Below, piece after piece: positions 1 to 10,242 of a DNA stretch of 64,000 bases; positions within the stretch are counted from its first letter, which is position 1; each line of letters opens with the position of its first letter. Location: the NCBI GenBank assembly GCA_963692865.2, contig OY843592.1, positions 1,088,001-1,152,000 on the forward strand, read 5' to 3'. This stretch comes from a bacterium. GTDB lineage: Bacteria; UBA8248. The notes beneath the pieces were generated by a model, which was not told where the DNA came from, did no database searches, and saw only the letters and a list, made by a program, of their open reading frames with translations. Made by a program: the position numbers and the translations under genes.

Positions 1-7
1 CAGCGCG

Positions 8-442
8 GTGATGCAGGGCGTGGCCGAGATTTTCGAGGTCTCCCCCATGGAGGTGTGGGGCGTGGTGAGCTTCTACACCATGCTCAAGACGCAGCCCATC
101 GGGGAATACCACGTGCAGGTGTGCAACAACCTCTCGTGCGCCTTGATGGGGGCGGGGAGGCTGCTGCGCGAGATTGAGAACCGGCTCGATTGCCGCACCG
201 GCCACACGCGCGAGGACGGGAAGTTCTCGATAGAGGCGGTCGAATGCCTCGGCGCGTGCGGGGGCGCTCCCTGCGTGCAGATAAACGAAGACTACTTCGA
301 GCGCGTAACGCCCGAGATCATGAACGATATCTTCGGCGCGCTGGAAAAGGGCGAGTCCGTCTCGCCCATCGGGGCGGACGAGGTGGTATCGCCCGCTCTG
401 GCGGGCGCCGAAGAAACAGACGGCGAAGGCCGAGGAGCCTGA
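8..442 (+). CDS. nuoE: NADH-quinone oxidoreductase subunit E (5'-truncated by window edge)
   Basis: VVSFYTM, VCNNLSC and ECLGAC [2Fe-2S] N1a motifs; directly upstream of nuoF; the true start probably lies before the window. Confidence 0.93.
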   Translation: MMQGVAEIFEVSPMEVWGVVSFYTMLKTQPIGEYHVQVCNNLSCALMGAGRLLREIENRLDCRTGHTREDGKFSIEAVECLGACGGAPCVQINEDYFERVTPEIMNDIFGALEKGESVSPIGADEVVSPALAGAEETDGEGRGA

Positions 443-444
443 AG

Positions 445-1749
445 ATGGCGCTGGTGCTGGAGAAAATCGTGACGGGCCGGTTCGACAACCCGGACGCGCT
501 TCATATCGCGGGCTATGAGGCCACGGGCGGCTACGAGGCGATCCGGGGGCTCCTGGGCGGCGTCGAACCCGCGGACGTCATCGAGATGGTGAAGGCTTCC
601 GGCCTGCGCGGGCGCGGCGGCGCGGGGTTCCCCTGCGGCCTCAAGTGGAGCTTCGTGCCCCAGGTGGACGGGCCGAAATACCTGGCCGTCAACGCCGACG
701 AGGGAGAGCCCGGCACGTTCAAGGACCGCGAACTCATGCTGCGCGACCCGCACCAGCTCATCGAGGGCATCCTCATCGCGTGTTACGCCGTGGGAATCGA
801 GAAGGCCTACATCTACATTCGCGGCGAGTTCGTCGCCCCCTGGCGCGCGGTCGAGAAGGCCCTGGCCGAGGCCTACGAGAAGGGCTACGTCGGCCGGAAC
901 ATCATGGGCAGCGGTTTTTCGTGCGACATCTACACCCACCGGGGCGCGGGCGCCTACATCTGCGGCGAGGAGACGGGCCTTCTGGAGTCGCTCGAGGGCA
1001 AGCGCGGTCACCCGCGCTTGAAGCCGCCGTTTCCGGCGGTGGTGGGCCTCTACGCGCGGCCCACGGTCATCAACAACGTGGAGACGCTCGCGAATCTGCC
1101 CCACATCGTGAACAAGGGGGCGGAATGGTTCGCCGGCATCGGGATCGACGAGAAAAACTCAGGCACCCGCATGTACTGCGTCTCGGGCCACGTGGCGAAG
1201 CCGGGCCTCTACGAGTTGCCGCTCGGCCTGACGTGCGAGGAGATGATTCACGAGCACTGCGGCGGGATGAGAAACGGCGCGGCTCTCAAGGCGGTGATTC
1301 CCGGCGGCGCGAGCGCGCCCGCCCTCACGGCGAAGGAAGTGTATGAGGACAAGGTGAAGATGGATTTCGACTCCCTCGCGAAGGCCGGCAGCATGGGCGG
1401 AAGCGGCGGCGTCATCGTCATGGACGAGACCACTTGCATGGTGCAGGCGGCGGGCAGGCTCGCCGCCTTTTTCGAGCACGAATCCTGCGGGCAGTGCTCC
1501 GTCTGCCGGGAGGGGACCGGCTGGGTGTCCGAGATTCTGGCGCGCATGGAGCGGGGCGAGGGTAAACCCGACGATCTCGATACGCTCGCGTCGATAGACC
1601 CCAACATGCGCGGCAACACCATCTGCGTGCTCTCGGACGCGTGCGCCATGATGTTCGGCGCGTTTTTGACGAAATTTCACGATGAGTTTGAAGCGCACAT
1701 CTCTCTGGGCCGCTGTCCGCTGGGCAGCCCGTATCCCGCCGCGATGTGA
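445..1749 (+). CDS. nuoF: NADH-quinone oxidoreductase subunit F
   Basis: GLRGRGGAGFP, NADEGEPGTFKDR, GAGAYICGEETGL and ESCGQCSVCREG motifs; ATG at 445 follows the nuoE stop, with GAGGAG upstream. Confidence 0.97.
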   Translation: MALVLEKIVTGRFDNPDALHIAGYEATGGYEAIRGLLGGVEPADVIEMVKASGLRGRGGAGFPCGLKWSFVPQVDGPKYLAVNADEGEPGTFKDRELMLRDPHQLIEGILIACYAVGIEKAYIYIRGEFVAPWRAVEKALAEAYEKGYVGRNIMGSGFSCDIYTHRGAGAYICGEETGLLESLEGKRGHPRLKPPFPAVVGLYARPTVINNVETLANLPHIVNKGAEWFAGIGIDEKNSGTRMYCVSGHVAKPGLYELPLGLTCEEMIHEHCGGMRNGAALKAVIPGGASAPALTAKEVYEDKVKMDFDSLAKAGSMGGSGGVIVMDETTCMVQAAGRLAAFFEHESCGQCSVCREGTGWVSEILARMERGEGKPDDLDTLASIDPNMRGNTICVLSDACAMMFGAFLTKFHDEFEAHISLGRCPLGSPYPAAM

Positions 1750-1766
1750 TGGGGGAGAGGCGATAG

Positions 1767-4364
1767 ATGTCGAATGAGCAGGTAACCTTCGTATTCAACG
1801 ACCAGAGCATCACGATGGACAAGGGTCTGCCCGTGCTGGAGGCCGCGCTGCGCATCGGCGCGCACGTTCCGCACTTCTGCTATCACAAGAACCTCTCCAT
1901 CGTGGGCCAGTGCCGGGCCTGCCTCGTCGAGGTGCTCGACGCCGGCAACGGCCGGCCGATACCCAAGCTCCAGCCTTCGTGCGCCACGCCGCCGGCGGAG
2001 GGCATGGTGATCAGCTCGGTGACCCCGCGCGTCATCGAGGCGCAGGAAGGGGTGTTCGAGTTTCTGCTCAAGAACCATCCGCTCGATTGTCCGGTCTGCG
2101 ATCAGGGCGGCGAGTGCCCCCTGCAGGATCAGACCATGGCCTACGGCAAGGCGATCAGCAGGACGCACGAGTTCCGGCGCATCTATCCGCGCAAGGAGAT
2201 CAGCCCCTTCATCAAGCCCGAGATGAACCGCTGCGTGCACTGCACGCGGTGCATCCGCTTCACCGAGGAGATCGACGGAGGGGCGGAGTTCGGCTGGGCG
2301 CAGCGCGGCGACCGCACCGAGGTGGGCGTTTATGAGGACCTGCCCTTGACGAGCGTCGTCTCGGGCAACGTCATCGACATCTGCCCCGTCGGCGCGCTCA
2401 CGGACAACAAATACCGCTTCACCGCGCGCGTGTGGGAGATGGAGGAGACCCAGGGCCCCTGCACGCTTTGCAGCGTGGGCTGCCGCCAGGGCGTCTGGAC
2501 GAAGGACGGCGAGATCAAGCGCGTCACGGCGGGGGAGAACGAAAGAGTCAACGACACCTGGATTTGCGACGTGGCGCGCTACGGCTGGAGCGGGGCGCAC
2601 GGCGAGGGGCGCATCACCCAGCCGATGATCAGAAAAGACGGCGAGCTGACGCCCGTCGGCTGGGCGGAAGCGGTCGGCGAGGCGGCGAGGGGTTTGGGCG
2701 CAATCGTCGAGGAATCCGGCGGCGGCGCAATCGCCGGTCTGGGCGGGGCGTCCTCCACGAACGAGACGGCTTACCAGTTCGGCGCCTTCATGCGTTCGAC
2801 TCTGGGAACCAACCACGTGGACAGCCGGATCCATCCGCGCGACATCGTGCAGACCGACTTGCAGCGCGCCGCCCTGGGCGGCGTGGGCGGCGCGGGCTCC
2901 ATCGAGGAGTTGGGCCGCTCCAGGGCCATCGTCATCGTGGGCAGCGACCCGTTCACGCAACACCCCATACTCGCGCTACAGATCAGAAAGGCGCACGGGG
3001 CGGGCGCGGTGGTCGTGAACGTGAACCAGAGGCGGATCGACTTGCGCGTTCAGGGCAGGACGCACCACCTGGTTCCCGTGCTGGGGGGCATCTCGCGCAC
3101 CCTGCGCGCGCTGGCCACCTGCCTCGTGGACGGCGGCGTGAAGCCCGAAGGAGCGGACGCGGCGGAGTACGCGGCGCTCATAGATTCCGTGGAACTGACG
3201 CGCCTGTGCGAAGAGGCGGACGTGGCGCCCGAGGCCGTCATGGACGCCGCCCGGGCGATTCTGGGGGCCGAGGGCCCCGTGAGCGTCGTCTCGGGCCCGG
3301 GAGAGACCGGGAAGGTCGCCGTAACGGAGGCGATCAATCTGGGACTCCTGCTGCGCGCCAACATGCTCTTCGCGGCAGGCGCGCCGAACTTACAAGGCGC
3401 AATCGACATGGGCCTGCACCCCGATACGCTGCCCGGCGGCGATTTGTCGGACGAGGCCGCGCGCGCCGCCTGCGGGGAGGCGTGGGGAAGGCCGCCCGGC
3501 GCGCAGGCGGGCAGGGACGCGGAAGGCATACTCGACGGTCTCACGAGCGGTGAAGTGAAGGGCCTCTATATTCTGGGCTGCGATCCCGTAGCCGAGCATC
3601 CCGACGGCGCGCGGGCGCGCGAGGCGCTGGAGAAGGCCGGGTTCGTCGTCGCGCAGACTTCTCACCTGAACGCCAGTACGGAATACGCGGACGTCGTGAT
3701 TCCCGCGCCCACGCTGTATGAGCAGGCGGGCAGCGTCACGAACCTGGAGCGCCGGGCGCAGTCCCTCCCGCGCGCGCTCAAGCCGATGATCGACAAGATG
3801 GTCCCCGAAGCCTGGCGCGCCTTCGCCGATATCGCCAAGGCGATGGAGCGTCCCATGCGGGCGAACGCGCTGGACAAGATTCAAATTCAGGCGCGCTCGC
3901 TGGTCGGCGATTACGCGGACGCCTTCGGAAGGATATCCGATGAGGGTCTGCACTTAAGACGGGAGGGAGAGAGAACCTTCCAGATCGCTCAGATTCCCGA
4001 AAAAGAGGCGCAGGAACCGGGCCTCAGGATGCTGCTCACGCCCGTATTGTGGCTCTCGGGGGCGTATATGGCCTCGGCCCATCATCTGGCCGACATGCCC
4101 GAGGCCGCGCTCGCCCTCTCGCCGAGCGATGCGGAGAGCCTGGGCGTCGCGGACGGCGATTCCGTGGAATTCGAGGTGGCGGGCGTTGTCGTTCGGCTAC
4201 CCGCGCACGTGGACAAGAACGCGCCCGTGGGCGTCGCCTTCGCGCCCGAGGGCTGTTTGCGCGCGCATGGGGGGTCGCTCCTGAACACCGGCGGCGCGCC
4301 GGGCCGCCAGGGCGTGGAGATTCAGGTCCGCAAGGCGGAGCAACCCCAGGAGGTGGGCGCCTAG
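1767..4364 (+). CDS. nuoG: NADH-quinone oxidoreductase subunit G
   Basis: CYH..GQCRAC (N1b), HPLDCPVCDQGGEC (N5), CVHCTRC..C (N4) and CTLCSVGC..C (N7) motifs. Confidence 0.96.
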   Translation: MSNEQVTFVFNDQSITMDKGLPVLEAALRIGAHVPHFCYHKNLSIVGQCRACLVEVLDAGNGRPIPKLQPSCATPPAEGMVISSVTPRVIEAQEGVFEFLLKNHPLDCPVCDQGGECPLQDQTMAYGKAISRTHEFRRIYPRKEISPFIKPEMNRCVHCTRCIRFTEEIDGGAEFGWAQRGDRTEVGVYEDLPLTSVVSGNVIDICPVGALTDNKYRFTARVWEMEETQGPCTLCSVGCRQGVWTKDGEIKRVTAGENERVNDTWICDVARYGWSGAHGEGRITQPMIRKDGELTPVGWAEAVGEAARGLGAIVEESGGGAIAGLGGASSTNETAYQFGAFMRSTLGTNHVDSRIHPRDIVQTDLQRAALGGVGGAGSIEELGRSRAIVIVGSDPFTQHPILALQIRKAHGAGAVVVNVNQRRIDLRVQGRTHHLVPVLGGISRTLRALATCLVDGGVKPEGADAAEYAALIDSVELTRLCEEADVAPEAVMDAARAILGAEGPVSVVSGPGETGKVAVTEAINLGLLLRANMLFAAGAPNLQGAIDMGLHPDTLPGGDLSDEAARAACGEAWGRPPGAQAGRDAEGILDGLTSGEVKGLYILGCDPVAEHPDGARAREALEKAGFVVAQTSHLNASTEYADVVIPAPTLYEQAGSVTNLERRAQSLPRALKPMIDKMVPEAWRAFADIAKAMERPMRANALDKIQIQARSLVGDYADAFGRISDEGLHLRREGERTFQIAQIPEKEAQEPGLRMLLTPVLWLSGAYMASAHHLADMPEAALALSPSDAESLGVADGDSVEFEVAGVVVRLPAHVDKNAPVGVAFAPEGCLRAHGGSLLNTGGAPGRQGVEIQVRKAEQPQEVGA

Positions 4365-5345
4365 ATGGTTACCCTGCTCATCATTCTCGGAAAAGTGCTC
4401 GTGGGCTTCGGCGGGCTTTTGCTGCTCGCCGCCTACATGACCTGGATGGAGCGGCGCGTGTTCGCGCTCATACAGGTGCGCGTGGGCCCCAACCGCGTGG
4501 GCCCGGCGGGGCTTTTGCAGCCCATCGCCGACGGCATCAAGCTCATGTTCAAGGAAACCATCATTCCCGCCCAGGCGGACAAGGTGATTTACGTTCTGGC
4601 GCCGGCCATCACGCTCATACCGGCGCTCGCCGCATTCGCCGTGGTTCCCTTCGGCGATTCCGTGAGCGTACTCGGTCAGAAGGTGGACCTGGTGGTGGCG
4701 GACGTGAACGTCGGCATCCTCTACATCTTCGCCATGGCGGGCATCGGGGTGTACGGCATCGTGCTCGGCTCGTGGGCGTCGAACAGCAAGTATCCGCTCC
4801 TGGGCGGACTCCGCTCGGCGGCGCAGCTCATCAGCTACGAACTCTCGCTCGGCATGTCGCTTCTGGGCGTGGTGATGATCTCCGGCACCCTGAGCCTCAA
4901 GGGGATCGTCGAGGGCCAGGCCGGGATGCCCTACATCGTCTTGCAGCCCCTGGGCTTTCTGCTCTTCGTCGTCTGCATGCTGGCGGAGACGAACCGGGCG
5001 CCCTTCGATTTGCCCGAGGCAGAGAGCGAACTCACCGGCGGTTTTCATACCGAATACAGCAGCATGCACTTTGCGGTTTACTCCATCGCCGAGTACTGCA
5101 GCATGATTACGCTCTCGGCGGTGGGGGCGACGTTTTTCCTCGGCGGATGGCGCGGGCCGCTGCTGCCGCCCGTCCTGTGGTTCCTGATCAAGGTGCTGGC
5201 GTTCATGTTCTTCTTCATGTGGCTGCGCGCCTCCACGCCGCGCCTGCGCTATGACCAACTGATGGGTTTCGGATGGAAGGTGCTTCTGCCGCTCTCCATC
5301 CTGAACGTGATGCTCACGGCCGGCGCCGTCGTTTACCTGGGCTAG
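4365..5345 (+). CDS. nuoH: NADH-quinone oxidoreductase subunit H (copy 1)
   Basis: RVGPNRVGPAGLLQPIADGIKL, AETNRAPFDLPEAESEL and RYDQLM motifs. Confidence 0.97.
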   Translation: MVTLLIILGKVLVGFGGLLLLAAYMTWMERRVFALIQVRVGPNRVGPAGLLQPIADGIKLMFKETIIPAQADKVIYVLAPAITLIPALAAFAVVPFGDSVSVLGQKVDLVVADVNVGILYIFAMAGIGVYGIVLGSWASNSKYPLLGGLRSAAQLISYELSLGMSLLGVVMISGTLSLKGIVEGQAGMPYIVLQPLGFLLFVVCMLAETNRAPFDLPEAESELTGGFHTEYSSMHFAVYSIAEYCSMITLSAVGATFFLGGWRGPLLPPVLWFLIKVLAFMFFFMWLRASTPRLRYDQLMGFGWKVLLPLSILNVMLTAGAVVYLG

Positions 5346-5372
5346 CAGGCTGCTCGATAGGGGGAAGGTTCC

Positions 5373-5852
5373 ATGTTAGGCGAGATTTGCAGGGGGTTGT
5401 GGCTGACGATCAAGCATTCCTTCAAAAACCGCGTGACCGTGCAATACCCCGACGTCAAGGAGGAGATGCCGGTGGGCTACCGCGGCCTCCACAAGCTGCT
5501 GCGCTGGGAGGACGGCCTGGAGCGCTGCGTGGGGTGCAAGCTCTGCTCGGCGGCGTGTCCGGTGGACTGCATTTACGTGGAATCGGAGGAGAACGACCCC
5601 GATGCGCCGACTTCCAAGGGCGAGCGCTACGCCAGCGTTTACGAGATCAACGAGCTTCGCTGCATCTTTTGCGGATACTGCGAGGAGGCCTGCCCGGTCG
5701 GCGCGGTCGTGCTGGGCAACGAGTATGAATTCTGCCAGGACGACCGGGGCAAGTTCCTCTACGAGAAGGGCGATTTGCTCGTGAAGCGGACGGAGGATTA
5801 TCCGGAGCTTCACGCCCGCTATGATGAGAAGAACCTGCTCACGTATGTCTAG
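5373..5852 (+). CDS. nuoI: NADH-quinone oxidoreductase subunit I
   Basis: Two CxxCxxCxxxCP motifs (CVGCKLCSAACP, CIFCGYCEEACP). Confidence 0.97.
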   Translation: MLGEICRGLWLTIKHSFKNRVTVQYPDVKEEMPVGYRGLHKLLRWEDGLERCVGCKLCSAACPVDCIYVESEENDPDAPTSKGERYASVYEINELRCIFCGYCEEACPVGAVVLGNEYEFCQDDRGKFLYEKGDLLVKRTEDYPELHARYDEKNLLTYV

Positions 5853-5897
5853 GTTTCGATTTCAGGCGGGCGCCCGCCCGCTGGAGGAAGGGCGGTA

Positions 5898-6416
5898 GTG
5901 GTCGGTTCCCTGTTTTTTTATTTCCTGGCGGCCGTGACGACGGTCGGCGCGGTAGCCGTCGTCGCGTTTCCCAGCCCGCTCTACAGCGTGCTCGCCCTGA
6001 TCCTGACCTTCCTGGGCCTCGCCGGGCTGTATCTCTCGCTTCACGCGCAGTTCGTCGCCATCGTTCAGGTGATCATCTACGCCAGCGCGATCATGATGCT
6101 CTTCCTGTTCGTGGTGATGCTGATCAACCTGGGCCGGGAGGAGAAGCGGGAGTTGCGCCTGCCCGGCCAGAAGCTGCTGGGCGCCATCGCGGGGCTCGCC
6201 GTTTTCAGCGTGCTGCTCAAGATTTTCCTCTCCACCTCCCTCATGACGGGGAAGAAGGGGAGCTTCCCGCCCGAGCGGGTGAGCGAGCTCGGCAACACGC
6301 AGGTGGTCGGAAATCTCTTGTTGACGGATTACGTCCTGCCGTTTCAGGCGATGGGCGTCCTGTTGTTCGTGGGCATCGTCGGCGCCGTGGTATTGGCGCG
6401 GCGGCGAAGCCGCTAG
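5898..6416 (+). CDS. nuoJ: NADH-quinone oxidoreductase subunit J (copy 1)
   Basis: Hydrophobic; QVIIYASAIMMLFLFVVML motif; operon position. Confidence 0.93.
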   Translation: MVGSLFFYFLAAVTTVGAVAVVAFPSPLYSVLALILTFLGLAGLYLSLHAQFVAIVQVIIYASAIMMLFLFVVMLINLGREEKRELRLPGQKLLGAIAGLAVFSVLLKIFLSTSLMTGKKGSFPPERVSELGNTQVVGNLLLTDYVLPFQAMGVLLFVGIVGAVVLARRRSR

Positions 6417-6428
6417 GAGGGGTGGAGC

Positions 6429-6731
6429 GTGGCGCCGCTCGAGCATTACCTGGTTCTGAGCGCGGTTCTCTTTTCCCTGGGGGTCGTGGGCGTCGTGGTG
6501 CGCAGAAACGCCATCGTCGTCATCCTGTGCATCGAGTTGATGATGAACGGGGCGAATCTGGCGTTCGTGGCCTATGGCCGATATCTCGATTCGATGGCGG
6601 GCCAGATGGTCGTGTTCTTCGTGATGGCGGTGGCCGCGGCGGAAGCCGCCATCGGTCTGGCCATCGTGGTGCTGATATACAGAAACCGCGAGTCCACGGA
6701 TCTCGACGAGATCAATCTACTGAAGTTATAG
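6429..6731 (+). CDS. nuoK: NADH-quinone oxidoreductase subunit K (copy 1)
   Basis: [14 protein letters not shown] and [10 protein letters not shown] motifs; 100 aa. Confidence 0.96.
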   Translation: MAPLEHYLVLSAVLFSLGVVGVVVRRNAIVVILCIELMMNGANLAFVAYGRYLDSMAGQMVVFFVMAVAAAEAAIGLAIVVLIYRNRESTDLDEINLLKL

Positions 6732-6743
6732 AGCTGAGGAATC

Positions 6744-8648
6744 ATGGATAGTCTGACCCTCATATTGGCGTTCCCCCTCATCGGCGTGCTGGTGAACCTG
6801 CTCTTCGGCTGGAAGCGCGGGGAGAAGTTCGCCGGCTGGACCGCGACGCTTGTGATGGCGCTCGCGTTCGCGGCGTCTCTCGCGGGCTGGCTCCGCCTTC
6901 TGGGGATGCCCGAGAACGGGCGGCTCATCCGCGTCGTCCTGTTCGAGTGGATTCCCGTGGGCGCCTTCGAGGTCAAGGCGAGCTTCTCGCTGGATCCGCT
7001 CTCCGCCGTCATGGCGCTCGTCGTCACCGGCGTCGGGACGCTCATCCACCTCTACTCGATGGGCTACATGCACGGCGACCGAGGCGTGGTGCGCTATTTC
7101 ATCTACCTGAACCTCTTCTCGCTCTCGATGCTCACGCTCGTGCTGGGCGACAACTTCGTGGTCATGTTCGTGGGCTGGGAGGCGGTGGGCCTTTGCAGCT
7201 ACCTGCTCATCGGCTTCTGGTACGAGCGCAAGGCGGCGGCCGAGGCCGGGAAGAAAGCCTTCATCGTGAACCGGGTGGGCGATTTCTGCTTCCTGATTGC
7301 GCTTTTCTACATCTACAGCGTCGTCGGCTCGCTGGATTTCCCGGCCGTGTTCTCGAAGGCCCCTCAGTTGCTCGGCCCCGAGAGCGCCGCGGCGACGATC
7401 ATCTGCCTGCTGCTCTTCGCGGGCGCCACGGGCAAGAGCGCGCAGATTCCGCTCTACGTCTGGCTGCCCGACGCGATGGAAGGCCCCACCCCGGTCAGCG
7501 CCCTGATTCACGCGGCCACCATGGTGACCGCGGGCGTTTACATGGTGGCGAGAGCGCACGCGCTCTTCGAACTCTCCTCCACGGCGATGCTGGTGGTGGC
7601 CGTCATCGGCGCGCTCACGCTGTTGATGGCGGCGTCCATCGCCCTGGTTCAGACCGACATCAAGAAAGTGCTCGCCTACAGCACGGTGAGCCAGTTGGGC
7701 TATATGTTCCTCGCGTGCGGCGTGGGGGCGTTCTCCGCGGCCGTGTTCCACCTCATGACCCATGCGTTCTTCAAGGCGCTCCTGTTCCTGGGCGCGGGAA
7801 GCGTGATACACGCGCTCGACGGCGAGCAGGACATCCGCAGGATGGGCGGACTCCAGGCGTCGCTCCCGCAAACGAGCAGCACCTTCATTATCGGCGCGCT
7901 CGCCATCGCGGGGATATTCCCCTTCGCAGGCTTTTTCAGCAAGGACGCGATTCTCTACGCCGCCATGACGGCGGAGCGCGGCGGCGTTCTCCTTTGGCTC
8001 GCGGGCGCGGCCGGCGCGCTCATGACGGCGTTCTACATGTTCAGACTCCTGTTCCGCGTGTTCTTCGGCGTGTGCAACCTGAGCATCGAGGAACAGCAGA
8101 AAGTCCATGAATCCCCGGCCAACATGACGCTTCCGCTCCAGGCGCTGGCGGCGCTCTCCATCGTCGGGGGCTGGGTGGGGATTCCCATTTTCACCGGCGC
8201 GAACCTTTTCGGCGATTTCCTCGCGCCCGTATTCGGCGGCCATGCCGAGGCGCACCACGAGGTGGTGTTCGAGATTCTGATGATGCTCTTCTCGCTCGCC
8301 GTCGCATTTTTCGGCATCTACGCGGCCTACAATCTGTATGTGCTCAAGCAAGACGGCGGCAGCGCCTACGCGGAACTCTGGCCGGGCGTCCACCGCCTTC
8401 TGCTGAACAAGTATTACGTGGACGAGATGTACGACGCCGTGATCGTCCAGCCCGTGAAGCGGGCGTCGATCTGGTGCTGGAGAGCGTTCGAGGACGGCCT
8501 GGTGGATGCGGCCGTGAACGGGGCGGGCTTTTTCGTGCGCTCGCTGGGCGGCGTGCTGAGGCGTCTCCAGACGGGCTACGTGAAGAGCTACGCCGTTTCG
8601 ATGCTGGTCGGCGCGCTGGTGATTCTGCTGTATCTCACGGCGCGATGA
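6744..8648 (+). CDS. nuoL: NADH-quinone oxidoreductase subunit L (copy 1, standard-length amphipathic helix)
   Basis: GKSAQIPLYVWLPDAMEGPTPVSALIHAATMV and THAFFKALLFL motifs. Confidence 0.97.
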   Translation: MDSLTLILAFPLIGVLVNLLFGWKRGEKFAGWTATLVMALAFAASLAGWLRLLGMPENGRLIRVVLFEWIPVGAFEVKASFSLDPLSAVMALVVTGVGTLIHLYSMGYMHGDRGVVRYFIYLNLFSLSMLTLVLGDNFVVMFVGWEAVGLCSYLLIGFWYERKAAAEAGKKAFIVNRVGDFCFLIALFYIYSVVGSLDFPAVFSKAPQLLGPESAAATIICLLLFAGATGKSAQIPLYVWLPDAMEGPTPVSALIHAATMVTAGVYMVARAHALFELSSTAMLVVAVIGALTLLMAASIALVQTDIKKVLAYSTVSQLGYMFLACGVGAFSAAVFHLMTHAFFKALLFLGAGSVIHALDGEQDIRRMGGLQASLPQTSSTFIIGALAIAGIFPFAGFFSKDAILYAAMTAERGGVLLWLAGAAGALMTAFYMFRLLFRVFFGVCNLSIEEQQKVHESPANMTLPLQALAALSIVGGWVGIPIFTGANLFGDFLAPVFGGHAEAHHEVVFEILMMLFSLAVAFFGIYAAYNLYVLKQDGGSAYAELWPGVHRLLLNKYYVDEMYDAVIVQPVKRASIWCWRAFEDGLVDAAVNGAGFFVRSLGGVLRRLQTGYVKSYAVSMLVGALVILLYLTAR

Positions 8649-8684
8649 TGGTTTTTACGGTTCTTTGAGGAGCGTGAGGGGCGA

Positions 8685-10241
8685 GTGCCTGGAATAATCA
8701 CCTCGATACTGTTTTTGCCCATGCTGGGGGGGCTGCTGCTCCTCCTCGCGCGCGAGGGCGAGGGAAAAGACGGCGGCGGCGTTCGCGCGTTCGCGCTGGC
8801 GGCGTCCCTCGCCACGTTCGCCCTCTCGGTCGTGATGTACCTGGGCTTCCGGCCCGGCGTCGCCGGGATGCAGTTCGTCGAGGAAGCGGCGTGGATCCCC
8901 AGATTCGGGATTTCCTATAAAGTCGGCGTGGACGGCATCAGCCTTCTGCTCGTGATGCTGACCACCATCCTGACGCCCGTGGCGATTCTCTTCTCCTTCG
9001 ACGACGTGCGCAAGAAGACGCGGCTCTACTACATGTCCCTGCTGTTCCTGGAGACGGGGATGCTCGGCGTGTTCTTCGCGCTTGATTTCTTCCTGTTCTA
9101 CGTCTTCTGGGAGGGGATGCTGATTCCGATGTACCTCATCATCGGGGTCTGGGGCGGCGGCAGGCGGATATACGCGGCCGTGAAGTTCTTCCTCTACACC
9201 ATGGCCGGAAGCGTGCTGATGCTCGTGGCTATCATCTGGCTCTATTTCGCGGGCGGGGTCGGCACGTTCGACATCCTCGCGTATTTCCGCGAGCCCGTGG
9301 ACCCCGCGCTCCAGCCGTGGCTGTTCGCCGCGTTCGCCATATCCTTCGCCATCAAGGTGCCGATTTTCCCGTTCCACACCTGGCTGCCCGACGCCCACGT
9401 GGAAGCGCCCACGGCGGGGAGCGTCATCCTCGCGGGCGTCCTGCTGAAGATGGGCACCTACGGCTTCATGAGGCTGGCGATGCCGCTGTTCCCGACGGCG
9501 GCGCGCGAGTTCGCGTTCCTCATCATCTGCCTGGCGCTGGCGGGGATCATCTACGGCGCGCTCATGGCCATGGTGCAGACCGACGTGAAGAAACTCGTGG
9601 CCTACTCCTCGGTGAGCCACCTGGGCTTCGTGATGCTGGGGCTTTTCTCCTTCAACCTGCTGGGGGCTTCGGGGAGCGTGCTGCAGATGGTGAACCACGG
9701 CATCAGCAGCGGGGCGCTCTTCCTGATCGTGGGCTTCATCTATTCGAGGCGGCATACGAGGCAAATCGAGGAGTTCGGGGGGCTTCTTCGCGTGATGCCC
9801 GTCTTCTCGACGTTCTTCATCATCACCGCGCTGAGCAGCATCGGCCTGCCGGGGCTGAACGGCTTCGTGGGCGAGTTCACGATTCTGCTGGGCGCATTCG
9901 AGCGCAACGCCTGGTTCGCGGCCGTCGCGGCCACCGGCGTGGTTCTCTCGGCCGTCTACATGCTCTGGATGCTGCAGCGCGTCCTGTTCGGCGAGGTGAG
10001 CGTGCGGGCGAACCTGGGGCTTGCCGACATGAACAGGCGCGAGTGGCTCGTCATGCTCCCCATGGTGGCCCTCATGTTCTGGATCGGGCTGTACCCCAAG
10101 CCGCTGTTCGAGCGGATCGAGCCTTCGGCCAAGGCCTGGCTCTCGCAGGTGAACCGAAGGGTGCTGCGCGTGGAGAAGGCGCCCGAGCGGGCGACGGGAA
10201 AGAACGCGCTCGCCTACGTTCAAAGACTCGAGGTGAAATAG
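8685..10241 (+). CDS. nuoM: NADH-quinone oxidoreductase subunit M (copy 1)
   Basis: PFHTWLPDAHVEAPTAGS, LLKMGTYG and LPGLNGFVGEF motifs. Confidence 0.97.
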   Translation: MPGIITSILFLPMLGGLLLLLAREGEGKDGGGVRAFALAASLATFALSVVMYLGFRPGVAGMQFVEEAAWIPRFGISYKVGVDGISLLLVMLTTILTPVAILFSFDDVRKKTRLYYMSLLFLETGMLGVFFALDFFLFYVFWEGMLIPMYLIIGVWGGGRRIYAAVKFFLYTMAGSVLMLVAIIWLYFAGGVGTFDILAYFREPVDPALQPWLFAAFAISFAIKVPIFPFHTWLPDAHVEAPTAGSVILAGVLLKMGTYGFMRLAMPLFPTAAREFAFLIICLALAGIIYGALMAMVQTDVKKLVAYSSVSHLGFVMLGLFSFNLLGASGSVLQMVNHGISSGALFLIVGFIYSRRHTRQIEEFGGLLRVMPVFSTFFIITALSSIGLPGLNGFVGEFTILLGAFERNAWFAAVAATGVVLSAVYMLWMLQRVLFGEVSVRANLGLADMNRREWLVMLPMVALMFWIGLYPKPLFERIEPSAKAWLSQVNRRVLRVEKAPERATGKNALAYVQRLEVK

Positions 10242-10242
10242 C